From positions 3,534,001-3,598,000 of the forward strand of contig CDRNST010000204.1 of NCBI GenBank assembly GCA_977016875.1: DNA of 64,000 nt, written 5' to 3'. Shown in pieces: positions 1-13,707 of this stretch. This stretch comes from Pavona decussata. Taxonomy: Eukaryota. The notes under the pieces were generated by a model. The model did not search any database and had not been told where the DNA came from. It was given only the letters and a program-made list of their open reading frames with translations. Within the stretch, counting starts at the first letter, position 1. The number at the start of each line of letters is the position of its first letter. Position numbers and translations under genes: made by a program.

Positions 1-776
1 GTGGCCGAACACAGTTTGCGGGCACTTTACAGATTCTGTTTGTGATGCTATTAAGCGCGCGCTAGGGTTGTGGTAAGCAAATACTATCGATCCCTCGATT
101 TTATACCAAATGGATCACAAAGGTAAGTTTTGCTCTTTAAGTAACACAGTTTCTCGCTTGTAAATCCTTCTTCATTTATCGCCGAACAAAGAAAGTGAGT
201 TCACAATGAGCTAAGCCTGTTTGTACGCTTTTCATCTTTGCTGAGAAAACCTAATTAAAAGCCACGCATGCACATTTGATCAAAAAATTGTGACTGGTTG
301 TTTTAATGGAAATGAACTGTTTTCTAAGGAACCGCTTGTTAGAATTTCGTGAAATTTGATAAAACAGTAGTTTTCTAAAAGCGTAACTCGCCTACAAACC
401 AAAAACAAAATCTAACAGAGGGTATCTTCAAAAAACATTAAAGTGCAAAACCAACATTAACAGGAGATCTCTCTGTTAAAATTACATGAAAGCAGCGTCA
501 CTATGTCAGTATTTTGTGAGTTTTTCTGGATACAAAAAATGGAAAAAATCTAATGAGTGCATTTTCTAAAAATTGAGGAAAACCATTATTTGTGGACGGT
601 TAATAGCTTGCTGCGTTGCCATGGCAACGGCACCTTGCTCAACGAGAAGTATTCAAATTTATTCCTTCTTAGTTAATTTTGCACCATGCTAATTTCGGGT
701 ACTCAGAAGTACGTACTTTTCAATTAATGTCTACTAACACCTGTATACTACAACAAACTGTGTTCGGCCACCTTAA
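1..776. mobile_element. Non-autonomous TTAA-flanked DNA transposon (Kolobok-like GG...CC termini), copy 1
   Basis: TIR GTGGCCGAACACAGTTTG ... CAAACTGTGTTCGGCCACC|TTAA; an inverted homologous copy lies at 54085-54833. Confidence 0.8.
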
Positions 777-815
777 GCAAACACTCTAGCCAATCACAAC
801 AAACGCAAACAAAGA

Positions 816-988
816 ATTCGCGAGGTTAGTAAGATATTTATTATATTCCTGAGCTTAATCGGGTGCGTACGAAAGGACACTAGTTGAAGTCAAGGGAAAC
901 GGTCAGCGGAATTTAGTGGGCCGTACATTGAAACACGGCCCGCAAAATTGACCAATCACACCGCGCGTACTGACTGATAGATAATAAA
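816..988 (+). repeat. Interspersed repeat fragment shared with 58143-58420
   Basis: CGAGGTTAGTAAG.TATTTATTA...GGCCCGCAAA.TTGA.CAATC...CGCGTACT.ACTGA at both loci. Confidence 0.6.
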
Positions 989-1026
989 ATAAATATAATG
1001 CATTTTCTTTTCTTCTTGTTACGTAC

Positions 1027-4000
1027 CTGCAATCATGGATCCGAAAATCATTGTTATGGAGATGAAATATCTTTCAGGAAACAGACCCCAGAATTTGTAA
1101 TTAATTGCACAACTCCACCAGATCACTTGAAAAAAGAAAAACGGGATTGCGACGCCTACGAGCCTGCGGTACTTCACTATCAGCCGCTCGTGCCAGGGCG
1201 CATTCGGATCCAGCTGCGCAAGGGCCTGGGTCTGTGTGGCTGTTAGAGCCTGACCTGAGAGGCAAAGGTTCAAGTCAAGTCAATATTCCTCCCCCTGAAG
1301 AAAACAACTTCGTTATTAAATTCAAATTACAAGGTTATACGGAGTATGTAATATAGTGAGACTCCACGTGATCCTGATTATATTCCTGTAGCTTCCGAGG
1401 CGAAAAAGGTTTTCCAGGGCGAAATATCAGGCAGTTAACACATATTTGTCAGTTTTATAGACTATCTAACTTTCGTTTTTGTCAACCCTTTGTACTGTCG
1501 TCTATCTATTATCTCAAGTATTTAACCGACCCAGCTCTTTTAGGATTCAGTATCTCTCCATGTCTTGTTGCTGTCGTCTTGCCAAATTTTAGAGTTTTTG
1601 AATTTACACGTATTTTTCAGTTTATTGTAATGTAACTTTTGTTTTCGTCTTCTTTTTACTGTCGTCTTTTTATTATATCAAGTATTTTACTGATCTAGTT
1701 CTGCATAAGATCCACCATGTCTTGTCGCTAAAAACGTTCGACGATCGCCCCTCATTCCATCATTTTTATATGGGAGTTCCCCCTGGTGGGGGAACCCGCG
1801 AGTTTTTTCTCTCAGCATTCGTTTTTCTTCCTACTATGTAAACGCCTGCAGGAACTGCCGGTACTTGCTTTAAAAAGGAGTAAATTAATTAAAAAACGAA
1901 CATGTACATTTCAGTTCAGCAGCTTGGTCCGGTCGAGGGGAAGTGAAGATAAATTTTAATCAGTTCACGGCTATGTGCAATCTAACTTACCTTCTAAGAA
2001 GTATTTCTTGAGCCATTCAACCAGAGTTCTTCGCTCTTTCTTCACTTTTGCATTCACCCCTGGTGCATTCTAAAAGGAATCAGAAAAAAAAGTTCGAAAT
2101 TTGATTCAGACTTTTACAGCTAGATTGTGAGATTCCTTTTCTGCTACGCGCAAGGTCTTCGCGCGCAAACCAGACTGGTGTCTAATTAGACTGATTAACC
2201 GCACTAAGAAATTTGTAGCCGATATCTTCATTTTGTCAATCAATTTTGATGAGTCAAGAAGAAATGAGTAAGGAATTCTTGACAACCGAGAGTACGTGTT
2301 GCCGNNNNNNNNNNNNNNNNNNNNNNNNNNNNNNNNNNNNNNNNNNNNNNNNNNNNNNNNNNNNNNNNNNNNNNNNNNNNNNNNNNNNNNNNNNNNNNNN
2401 NNNNNNNNNNNNNNNNNNNNNNNNNNNNNNNNNNNNNNNNNNNNNNNNNNNNNNNNNNNNNNNNNNNNNNNNNNNNNNNNNNNNNNNNNNNNNNNNNNNN
2501 NNNNNNNNNNNNATTTAGAAATACAATTGACTATAAAAATTAGCGAAAAAACGGAACGACGTTTCGGTGTCATCTTGGCACCATTATCAAGTATAGAATG
2601 CAACAGAAAAGATAATTTATACAGAAAGTAAAGGTGTGAAATAGAATAAATTAAATTAAGTGTTCACTCAGAGGGGTGTTATAAAGTGAGAGTTATGTCC
2701 GTTAGACAAATAGTTTCGCGCGAATGGAGTCTGGACTGGGTGTTTAGACTCGGTTTCTTCTTGCGGATCCAAAGCATTTCAAAGATTGATGGCAGTCTGG
2801 CAGAAAATATTTTGGATCACCTTTATTTAAACCAAGACCTTACTGGTGGTGGTTGGCGCAATCAGTGATGTCATAACGACATGTACTCGTGTAGAGAATG
2901 GTTCTCGACCAATAAGCACACGATAAATTTCGTTGTTATAAAATATTATCAGTTTAACCGCTTCTGGTTTATATTTTGTCAAGTTTTTCTGTTTGGCCTT
3001 TTTTTCTACCATCTCTAATTGTTTTGTCTACGCGGACGAAGTGAAAATAAAAATAAAATAAAAAGATGTCTGAAGGTTTTATCTGGGAACCACAAATTTA
3101 AACATTGCCCACATCCTGCACGCATATCTTGTTGGTGTTTTGTGGTTCACACCCTTGAAGGTGCGTAATTTTCACTTTAAAAATGAGTTTACGAAATGAG
3201 TTCTGAATTGAACCTTGTTCAAACTCCTGATGAAGCCTATTGTTGTCAGACAAAATCAGTCAAAGAATATAACTTGAGTAAACGACTAAAGACGTCCACA
3301 TTAATAGGAACAATCTGTTGACTTTTTACACCCTTAACAACCTAATGGCGTTGTTGCGTTGCAAATTTATAATGACATAATTACAAACGTTTTATGAATC
3401 TATTTTTTCTCTGCCCAGGAGTCCACCTGGTATTTAATGTATTTTGTTCCGCTATGGAAGCATTTGCGTCAACCTGGTCATTAAATGAGTCAGCGTATAT
3501 TTGCGCAGAGTCATCGCATACTAAGTGATCTAAAAATAAGAACGCTAAATTTCTCTTTTCACGTGACCAGGGAAGACTTTGATCACACACATATTTATTT
3601 GCATTGTGACAAACGTTGCGCCAAAAAACTTTCAAGGTAATTGCTTCCCACGCACAGTCCAAAAAGAAGGGAGAAAGCAGATCGATTCAGTTTCTCGATT
3701 TTCTACCCCAGAAGTGAAGTGATTGCAAGTATTCTCATAAGAAATTAACCCTTTAAGCCCTAACAGTGATCAGCGCCAAGATTCTCCTTGTAATAACATT
3801 GCTTATTCAATCCCTAAGGTCATGAGAATTAACGATATGATCTCCCAAAGTGAATTTCTTAATATCAGTTGATAACTTCTCCACAGCACTTTTATAAGAA
3901 ACGTATGGGGGCAGGATAGGAGAATTTGTTCTTTGATATCAAGGGTTAAAGGGTTAAAATACAGCTTAACAGTTTTAGCCAAGGACTAAAACTGGCTGAA

Positions 4001-6342
4001 TATTAGAAGAAAACTTTGCGTGGCATCCAGTGACATAGAGCGAAAGGTACAGCCATAGCATAATAAAAACTACACCAGAATGGTTAGACACATTTCACAA
4101 ACTGCATGAGTCAAACATAAGAGTTCATTTAAATAAGGTTTGTCAGTTTACTGCATCGTGTACTGGCAAACTAATCTACCGCGAAAAGAGCTTTCAGTCG
4201 CAATTCTTTTGACATCCAGTGAACACTTGCAAACGGAGTTCAATATCAATTCCTTTTTCAAGGGCGCTTAATTTTTCTAATACCTTATTTCAAATATTGA
4301 ATTTTGAAACGGTTAAAGCGAAACCATTGACGGGAGGTTCCTTGACGAAATGCGGAGTTTTGTTTAACATTGTACTTTTGTTCTAGCACTGAAATTCCCG
4401 TGGAAAAAAAATGTGATTTTGAAAGCGACAAAAAATATCGCAAAAGTTTGTAGAAGAAACAAAGTATATAACAGGTATGGTTCAAGTCCGATATTTTAAA
4501 GTGGCTCCCTGGGTACAAAATGATACACTCTCTTGATTCATGAAGCGTAATTAAACAGCTATAAATCAACAGTTAATTTATGACTGACGACACAACCTTG
4601 TTAACGTTAGATGACTCAGCTATCGCGATATGAATGAAGGCGCAACTATTGTGGCAAGAAGGCAATGCACCAGTTCGAATAAAGCTTCTTCAAATATCTT
4701 ATTTCGTCATCGATCTTTCTTGTTTAGTTTATTTGTAGTTAAAACGTGAAGTACTTTAGTGAACATACTTATTGATACTTGAAATCCTCGAGCAGTTAAG
4801 TAAAGGCTTTCTATTTTTATTTTCTTTGAACCGCAAGAACAATATACAAGTTTAATCTGACTTCTACTAGTAACTGAGACTTTTGCGGGGTTTGCTAACG
4901 AAATCCTAGAATGTGACCATTCAAACGAGAGCTGTTTATCAGGTTTTTAATCTATATATTCTACGCTAGAGTCCATGAAAGGTGTATGATTCTTATAGCT
5001 CTAAGTTTGTGGATAAAATCCTGAAGTATGACCATTCAAACCCGAATGTGGTTGAGCCGAGTCGTTTCGTTTCGTATTGCCGGTTTTCCTGTGTCACTTC
5101 CTTGACAAAGTTTGAATCTTTGCGTCAAAATCGTAATGCGTCAGGAATAGGCAAATAAAAGCTATTGAGCGGTGCCCGCTTCATGATGCAAATGATTTTT
5201 GTTTTCATTGCAGTAAGACAAGTTTTGATCTTGGGTGAGCACCCGGTTCGCAGAGTATTTAAAAAAGAACAATACTTGCTGAAATCGCGTGTTGACTATT
5301 ATTAAATGAGCAGCATTAATTCTGAACGACTAAAGAACCGGAAGAACGAAAAATACCTTGAAGAGAGTGTTGTTTACAGTTTTGAACAAATTTTTTCAGT
5401 ATCAGGGACTGGCAAGGCAAGAGGCACAAAAGCAGAAATTATGACTAGGCGTTTTCAGTGAAAGCTGTTCTTCGGCATGTTGCTTTGCCCACGAAGAGAA
5501 GTGCCTTTGTTATTGAATGTAAAATGATAAAAACCCAATATAACACTTTGTGTTGAAGTGTATGCACAGAGCCTCTAATATTTCAGTCATAAGTTTGCAA
5601 TCGTTTAGCTAAACGCGGCGAAATAAAAAAATGACGCTGGATAAACCAAACACATCTATGTAAATGTATTGCTAACCTTAACGTATATAAAAAGAAACTT
5701 ATTTCCTTTTGTTTCTTTTTTTCCTCGCTTTTGAGACGGCCACCAGAGCTAGAATTCAGTTCGTATCACTCGCTCGTTTTGTACACTACATTATTAATTA
5801 CTGTTCATCATATTTTGTTTCTTGGCCGTCAGCCAAGTTCGTACTGTTAGTCGCCACACCGTGTTTATTTGTCATGATAAAGTTCTTTCGTGTCATAAGT
5901 GAAGAAACTCTTCCCCTCCAAGCTTTCTACAAGATCCTTCCAGTCATTCTATTTCTTCACCGCCCAGTGTGTATCAAACGTTTACGGTCGTAAATAAAAA
6001 TTGGCCATTGAGAGAAAACCTTTGTCGCAGTGCTTTCCCGTTTGATTGCGCTCTGCAAGATGGTCCTTACTTGTTCCCAAGGCGTGACTACTCAAAAGCC
6101 TTTAACTGCTTGTTTTAAAACATTTTAAAAATTAGAACTGTTTTTTTTTGTTTAAGTTATGAAGTAGAACGGAAGTACGAATTGTTACTCACGTGGTCCT
6201 TCGGCGTTTGATTGTCGATGGTAAAGGAACTCCATTGTGCATGTCCAAGAGTTGGCGAATGAGGTGGTCTTGGAATGTAACTACCGTCGCCTTGGAAATC
6301 AATTGCAACTTCACCGTTCACTGTTCTGTCTTTTGGCTCCAT
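1027..6342 (-). CDS. Gene A, 5' exons of a TauE/SafE (sulfite exporter)-like multi-pass membrane protein; exons 6342-6193, 2069-1991, 1254-1027; continues beyond the left edge
   Basis: ATG exon (MEPKDRT...PKDH|GTGAGT, phase 0) joins in frame to NAPGVNAKVKKERRTLVEWLKKYFLE(G) and then GQALTATQ...RRLVGVAIPFFFFQVIWW...ERYFISITMIFGSMIAG|GTACGT; all junctions GT-AG. 'MIFGSMIAG' matches the start of the eukaryotic TauE-like motif as I recall it (recognition, not a search). Confidence 0.7.
3745..3957. mobile_element. piggyBac-like MITE (~205 bp), copy 1
   Basis: TTAA|CCCTTTAA.CCCT ... AGGGTTAAAGGG|TTAA; second copy at 8655-8867. Confidence 0.75.
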
Positions 6343-7514
6343 CACAATTCTCTTTCTCTTGCTACGAACCTACAAAGTTACGACATAACATGGAGTTAAA
6401 TCTGCCGAGCACGCGTCAAGAGGACCTCTAACAATGCCGAAGTTCGACGACATATCTACACAAAATTTAACATTTCAATGTTAAGCGTTTAGTTTTTAAG
6501 ACTTCCGTAAAGTAAAAATTGGCAAATTTCCAGGTAAAAATTCACTTAAGCAAAGTAAAAAAACTTGTAAACATCTAAATAACTTACGCTTACTGGTTGA
6601 AAATTAATATCGCATCCCGTGTGATTTATGTTCAACTTTAAAAGAGACGGGATTAACTAAAATATTTTGTCATTTTCTTGACGTATCTAGGTGATAAATC
6701 GCTTGTTCTAATACAAATAATGGTACTAAAAAAAAAATAACAAACAAAAAATTAATTTGTAATAAAACTGTCATCATTCGCAATACCTGGTGGAATTTTA
6801 CCCAGCTGGCTACGTGGTAACTCAGTTATGTACTGCCCCAGTAATATCCCGTTTGTTTTATAGTGATTCAGTGAAATAAAGAATTTAAGCACTCTTGTTC
6901 TATTCGTGTCCTAATTTGATATTAACAGACCGTGTGTGTCAAAAACCAGCAATTACTCACGCCGCTTTAACAATATTGAGTTAAGTGAGTTGTTCATTTG
7001 CCTGGGGCAATGAATGGATGACGAAAGTGGAAAATCCGTCTTTTTATACTTTTGCTTGGACTAGCATTTGAATCCTGGGCTTAAGATCGTAAAAGCAAAA
7101 CTGGAAAAGAAAAGAAAAGGTGAAAGAAATTTACTTTTGCCGTTACTTTCGTGTTTCGTATTCTGTGCCGATTAATGTGCATTGTTGTGCATAGTTACTC
7201 ACTGAGCTTTGTGGGGGTAAGTTATTAAAATATACTGACTTGGAAACCTTTGTTAGGCGAGTTTTGTAGACAATAGACTTGGCATCAGCTATGACGTGAT
7301 TTCGCCTGATAAAGATAATTAACAACCGGATACACCATTCTGTGCTTGACCCTATGAACTTTATGTTTGGATTATTAAAGAAAATGTATTGAGAACTAAG
7401 ACATGAAAAGGTAAAATTAAATTAAATGACTGTTGCATGACTCAGATGGGTTCTGATACCAATATAGGTTTCAATTCAGTCAAACGTAACACAAGCATAG
7501 ACTGACTTCGGAAA

Positions 7515-7800
7515 CGGCTGACTTAAAAAATTTCTGTCTTATAAACATTGTGTTTTAACGTGACCTTAGGTTACAACGTTTATTAAAAACAAATCTTCGG
7601 CCTTCGTCGGTTTAAAAAAGACAAATAAGAAAACGCTTATCTAACGGTTCACCACTTGGTTATTTCCTTATTTGCTTATTTGTTCAAAACGTGCTTATTT
7701 GTCTTTTTAAACCGACGAAAGCCGAAGATTTTCGGCCGAAACGTCTTTTATAAGCTTTTGATAAACGTTGTATTTTAACGTTTTTTCAAGTCAGTGCCTG
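7515..7800. repeat. Imperfect inverted repeat containing a degenerate minimal hammerhead-like motif (possible Penelope-like element terminus)
   Basis: Arms at about 7593-7630 and 7694-7730; CCGACGA-AA-GCCGAA...TTCGGC-C-GAAA-CGTC at 7712-7745. Confidence 0.45.
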
Positions 7801-8654
7801 TCGTTTAAGATTGTATTATTTTCATTCCCGACTGCAATTGTAGTATTTTTCAGTCAAACGTTTCTCTTGACGTATTGAAGAGTTTGACTGCATTCAGTTC
7901 AGTTGAATTCATGACTCGAAAAAGTCTTGTAAGGCAATGTCGTTACTACAATTTTGAAATCATGTGCAGATTACTGGGGACATATCACATGAAAAAATTT
8001 TCTTGAGTTTCTTTTAGTTCGATATCTTTCAAAAACGACTAGAAGCGTTAAAAGTGCTTGGATTTTCTTTACGAAATGCCCGCCTGTTTGCATTCGAAAT
8101 GTCCTGGTCATAGCGCGGTCAAGATATCACCTGATATGGTGACGGACGTCCACTGTTATCTTCACAACCAAGTCAATATTGTTTTAAAGCGCTATTGCCT
8201 TTTTCGAGAAATAGCGCTATATAAAAATATTGTCATTGTCATTAGCTGCGCGTCGCAATCCATCGTACGGAAAAAAAGATGACGGCTGTACATTTTACCA
8301 CAATGCCTTGCAAACCTAACACAGGCAATTGGCACATAGAAAGCCATATGTTTCGCGAAATTCGTCCCTGTACTAACAACAAATTTGTGTATGCTAGGTT
8401 CTGCGCGTTTTACGGCCGCTTTTAAGGTTTTCTTACGCTAAGAGTTATGAGTAAATGTACCTGTCGACATCTTTCTCTCTACGTTGGATTGATATCAGTG
8501 TGATGAAAAACTAGAACTTTCTTTGGCACGATGTCGCCTCAAACGTTTGTAGAATTTCGGTAAATACTGATAAGATTCCGTTCCCTAAATTTTTTGTGAC
8601 TATGTGAAAAGATCAAACTACGCGAGAGTAGACAAACGTGTCTTTGGAAAGGCC

Positions 8655-8867
8655 TTAACCCTTTAATCCCTAACAGTAATCAACATCAAATTTCTCTTTG
8701 TAAGATCAATCCTTTTTCTACCTCTGAGATCATAGGAATTAAGGATATGATCACCCAAGATGAATTTTGTTGATATTTTAATAACTTCTCCTCAGTACTT
8801 TTCCAAGAAAAGTATGGGGATAAGATAGGAGAATTCGTTCCTTGATATTAGTGGTTAAAGGGTTTAA
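8655..8867. mobile_element. piggyBac-like MITE, copy 2
   Basis: Same termini and internal sequence as 3745-3957. Confidence 0.75.
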
Positions 8868-9696
8868 CGGCCTGGGAGCAGTAGAAAACCCATTTTGCAT
8901 AAATGTTTTGGTTGGTTGGTTTGCATAAATGTTTTGTTTTGGTTTTGGAACCTGTTTAGCATCCTTGTATTAAGGTTAATGTGCAGTACTTTTCCATTTA
9001 ATTTCGCTGCATTTCACCTTCGAGACTTGCTTTAAATCCTCACCCAGCTTATTTTATGAATCAGAGCTGCCCTTTCTTACAGGATCGCATCATGTTTCCA
9101 ATATATTACTTGTAGTACTTGTTAACTGCAGCGGCCCGTAACAACAGTAACTGAACTGTAACTGTTCTCGTCTGAGTTCACTGATCTCGCGGAAAAGCAA
9201 AGCAAACCGTTCTGGTAACCGAAAAAAAAATGTTATAGAATGAGCATGCTTTGGCTGAATGTAAAAGCTTAAACTTGTCAGGCGGGAACGAGTTCATTAC
9301 TGATGTTTTGTTGATGTGCGGAGTGACTCCATAATGGCGGTCAGAGAGCAAACGAGATAAGGTTCATTTGCATAAGCGATCGCTCTTGAAATATCTCTAC
9401 CTGGGAGGTTTATCCGGAAAATACGGCCGGATGCTCCTATAACAGATCACTCAAAATGCACTGTGTACAGCTAGGAGCGTTAGCGACAAAACAACTTACG
9501 ACTAGAGACGAAGAAGTTGGTCAAACTGCTTGAAGGTCTTTCACCTCGCAAGCACCAGGAAAATTAAGATTTCGAGATAATTTGAAGCGAAGAACTTTCA
9601 TTGAATTTAATTGAGCTTAGCAACAACGTTCTCCTCAATGGCATACAAAAGAGTAAATTTGGAAAGTAATAAAGTTATTATTATTATTATTACTAA

Positions 9697-10215
9697 ATAG
9701 GCCTAATCACGGTTTTCGACGCCATTTTGACGAGTAGGCAAACAGGCTCGAAATAACAGTGTTTGTATGGAAATCCGATGTCAAATAATTTTCATAAAAC
9801 ATCGCTTCTGAAAAATTCATGAATTGGAAACTTTTGGCATTAGGAAAAGGATTTTAAGATAAAATTTGGAGGGATGTAGCTGTGCCAGAAAGCGTCCAGT
9901 CGTGTTTTGAACTTTCCATACATTTGCCTGTATTTTTTTCCCGCGAGCTATTTTTAGAGCAGTTCACGGCTGGTTCGGTAACAGACAAATGTATGGAAAG
10001 TTCAAAACACGACTGGACGCTTTCTGGCACAGCTACATCCCTCCAATTTTGCTCTTAAAATCCTTTTCCTATTGCCAAAAGTTTCCAATTCATGAATTTT
10101 TCGGAAGCGATGTTTTATGAAAATTATTTGACATCGGATTTCCATACAAACACTGTTATTTCAAGCCTGTTTGCCTACTCGTCAAAATGGCGTCGAAAAC
10201 CGTGATAAGGCCTAT
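9697..10215. mobile_element. Foldback MITE, near-perfect ~235-bp inverted arms with a ~50-bp spacer
   Basis: TAGGCCTAATCACGGTTTTCGACGCC... is reverse-complementary to ...GGCGTCGAAAACCGTGATAAGGCCTA. Confidence 0.85.
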
Positions 10216-13099
10216 AAAAGACAGCAAAGAAACCACATGCAAAGGAAATTAGCTGTACACTAGACAGTTTCGGTTTCAATTCTGTTCTCAAGTTTAAATA
10301 GTTATCGTGATTTTAATCCAGAAAAGAATGGGAGAGATCGTTGCAGGTATCTAAAGGAAGCCTAACAAACTGATTCGGGCTGGAAAAGGGCTCGAACCCA
10401 GGCTTTCTCTTCAGACAACTGAGTAAACTACGGTTTCACGTATTCACTTTCATACAGTTACCAACAGGATGATTAAGTATCACTTGCTCTTAATCCTCAG
10501 AGAAGAAGCTGAGGGTCTCTTGACTCCTTTTGTATTCAGGCACAAAACATTTTGACAAAACATGATGCCGAATGCCAGGTGGAAGAAAGTCGGAAAAATA
10601 AAGTAAACTGACCAGAACCTTAGTTGCTATACGACGGTGATAACTGCCTGAAAGAATGCAAATTTTTATTTTATTAATGCTACTTTTCACTTTTGTGTTG
10701 AGAAATTGTGATGCATCAAGACAATATCTTAGACGACGACTTTGTTCAGGTGTAAACAATGGAGTCTGAAAACCATTGAAGTATATTAAGCCTTTTTGTA
10801 CGCATATACCATGACGCGTCATGAAATAAGTTTATCATTCTTTTTACATTTATCAGTGGTATTTATTGCATGTTTAGTGGAGCCCTTACTTGATTAGGAC
10901 TGACTTCGTTAAGACTATTGCCTAGTTTTTAAGGCCACTCACAGTTTCGATGCGAACAAAAACTGAATGCATTCATTGTCTTATTTTAAAACCCTCGTGA
11001 TTCAACCGGCCCGTCAATCATGACCACTAAATTACGGCCTGACTTTTGGCGCAAAATGTTACGACGTCACTGTCTGACCTTTGAGCTGGCACACTCATGA
11101 GTCGTTCCCAGGACCTAAAGCGCACTTCAAACTCCTCTGCCAAAGGAAGAGAAGGCCCAGGAGCCTCTTTTCGAAAATAAAGAAGTTTTTTTATGTAAAA
11201 AAAGGCGTTGTCTTTATTTTTCTATATGGAACAATCGATATTCAATGACGGATGAAAGAGCGCTGAATATACTTTTTTGTAGCTCGTAGAAGCAAAAATA
11301 TCAATGCCATGTTTAACTTACATGAAAAATTATGACAAAACTATTAACTAACGGTATCCCTTTGTAGAATCATTTTTAAGCTACAAAATTCACGTGACGT
11401 CAGCGTCGTTTGTACGTTAACTTATTATTCAGCTTCCAGACCTCGTTAACTGGTAGACAATGGCTTAATTTGAGCAATGATATTGAATTTCAAGAGACCA
11501 AAATTGTTCTATTTAATATGTTCACATTTTCCATGTAAGAGATGAAAGTTAATGAAGATCTAATTAAAGTATTGCATCGGGGTAAAAGTTTGTACGGCCA
11601 TTTCAGTCATTTAGCCGCTAAAAAGGATGACAAAAACACCGAAAGAAGCGTTAAGTATTCAACTGAAATAATTTCCAGAGTCAAAGTACTGAAAATTAGA
11701 ATATTGAAATATCAAACGTCTGCAAATCTGTAAATAATGTAATAGTTTATTAGGTACAACTACATTCTCGCTCCGTTCTTAATCTTTTCTTGAAACATTC
11801 ACTAAAGTTTGGGCAAATGAACGCGTTGGATGCAAATAGAAATCCATATTTGATAGATATCGACTATATGAGTCACAACAGTCATTATAAACACACTGGT
11901 TTCTACCCAAACTAAGTGTCCGTGGATGAAATCTTACCGATTACCACTCAAAAGAATTCAACGCTTTAAAGTCGGAACATTAGCCGAATTGAATTTCAAA
12001 ACAATTCTTGATTGATCATACTAGGTTGATTTGTTATTCTGAATGCATCAATTGCCACTGTCTCTATAGTAAATAACGAAGCTTGGACTAGGTACCGTAT
12101 CTACTTTTTACCGCAGGTCGTCTTGATATATGTTTTGCGTTTTATATCTTCATGTAGAGTCAGACTTTTCGTCATGTAAAGCGGTTCTATTCTGTAAATG
12201 AAACCCTCAAGTGTGATCATTCAAATGACAGCTTTTGAGAAGCGCTTTCCTGTGATTCTATTTGATTATGAATATTTTTCAAACTGTGGACGTTTTCAGT
12301 ATTGAATTTGTACTCGCTTGTGCCACTACACCTTACAACAAACTCACTGTTAGACTTAAATTTACTAACCTTTCTGGCAAATACCTTCTATCACACATTC
12401 GTCGCCGTTTTTTTCGTGCCCAATACTGATTTTTCTATGGAGAAAGCGGTTTGGTGGAATGCGATATTGATGTCGAAATTTCAATATCGTTAAAACCATT
12501 CTTGCCGAATTGAAACGTGCGGAAATTCGTTTATTTATATTGCATCTGTAACTGTATTAATCCCAAGAGTATTTAAGTTATATTGTAAATTCTACCTGTT
12601 CAGCTTAACAAAAATAAATTACACAACAAATTGGTGAGGACAACAAATATTTTTCATTATTTTATGGCCTTACTATTCAACTTGAACTAACAGGACCGCT
12701 GACCAGTTAGCTTGGTTGGGAAAACACCAGCCTACCGGGGCAGTGTCACCTATTTTTAGAGTCACTTTGAACACGATAAAAAATACATTTGAATTGATGG
12801 AATCGTCAAAATGGTGGTTCAGTGTTGTTACCAATAACCCTACTAGTGCACAGAAACTAATATTAGTTATGTTTGGCTGTGGATGGGTTGGATGGAAATG
12901 GATTACAACTTGAAAAAATTTGCTGAGTTTTTTTAAGTTCTTCCTGTGTATTGTAGAAAAGTTGCTAAAACCTGGTTATAGTTTGTTCTTTCTCAGAGAA
13001 ATCCTCCAATATTTTCTTTCTGATACTGTAATAGCAATTTTATGTTAGAAAAAAGGTTCTTTGTCAAAAATTTGAACAGTTTTGACCAAAATACAGCAA

Positions 13100-13137
<38 letters not shown>

Positions 13138-13220
13138 GCAAGCAAGCAAGCAAGCAAGCAATCAATCAATCAATCAATCAATCAAGTAATCAATCAATCA
13201 TTAATCACTCATCAATCATT
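13100..13220. repeat. (ATCA)n/(AAGC)n compound microsatellite
   Basis: Direct reading. Confidence 0.95.
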
Positions 13221-13254
13221 TTAATTTAAATCACCGTGAAAGTGCGTCAGTAGC

Positions 13255-13640
13255 CCTTTAAATCCCACCGGACCAACACCAAGGGCCTTAAAATTACTGA
13301 GGAGAAAGTGCTGTCTTTATAATGACACCAGGAAACGATTGGACTTTCTAGTTTTCTCGGACAAGGACGAAAAATCATATATCCCGTCTCACAACACTTG
13401 TTCCTAATATAATAATCTGTGGGACGTTAAAAGAACCCACTCACTGTTTGAAAAGAGTAGGGGACGTTAAGCCCTCGGTGTGGTGGTCTATCTCTAGCTC
13501 TAATTTTATCTGTCTTTCATTGGGTTGGGTGGGTGGGTGTGTCAGATCAAAACATGGACTGATAACGGTTGTCAGTAGCGCCTTTACAAATTGGTGTCCA
13601 ATCTCACCCCACAGAAGAATTGTAAACCACCATGAGACCA
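13255..13640 (+). mobile_element. SINE body with a Nin/Deu-like central domain
   Basis: GGACGTTAAAAGAACCCAC...GAAAAGAGTAGGGG...CCCTCGGTGT resembles the Deu/Nin SINE domain from memory; a tRNA-like head fragment may lie at about 12695-12745. Confidence 0.45.
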
Positions 13641-13707
13641 TGTGATATGTGCGGTATATAAATACGTTACCATTACAGTTAAGGCCTATATATCAACTTA
13701 AATAGTG

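Noticed and set aside
2106-2631. ORFs spanning N-gaps (also near 28.1, 37.8 and 61.6 kb)
   Set aside because: Open only because of N runs
3227-3265. CTGATGA hammerhead-like start (similar case near 17713)
   Set aside because: The GAAA box and stems are not intact
3427-3529. Possible extra gene A exon (DHLVCDDSAQ...)
   Set aside because: Its only open frame is phase 1 to 2, incompatible with the phase-0 junction between the neighbouring exons; it cannot be fully excluded because of the gap at 2305-2512
10330-10460. tRNA gene (also near 56860-56910)
   Set aside because: Only B-box-like fragments without a cloverleaf; more likely decayed SINE heads
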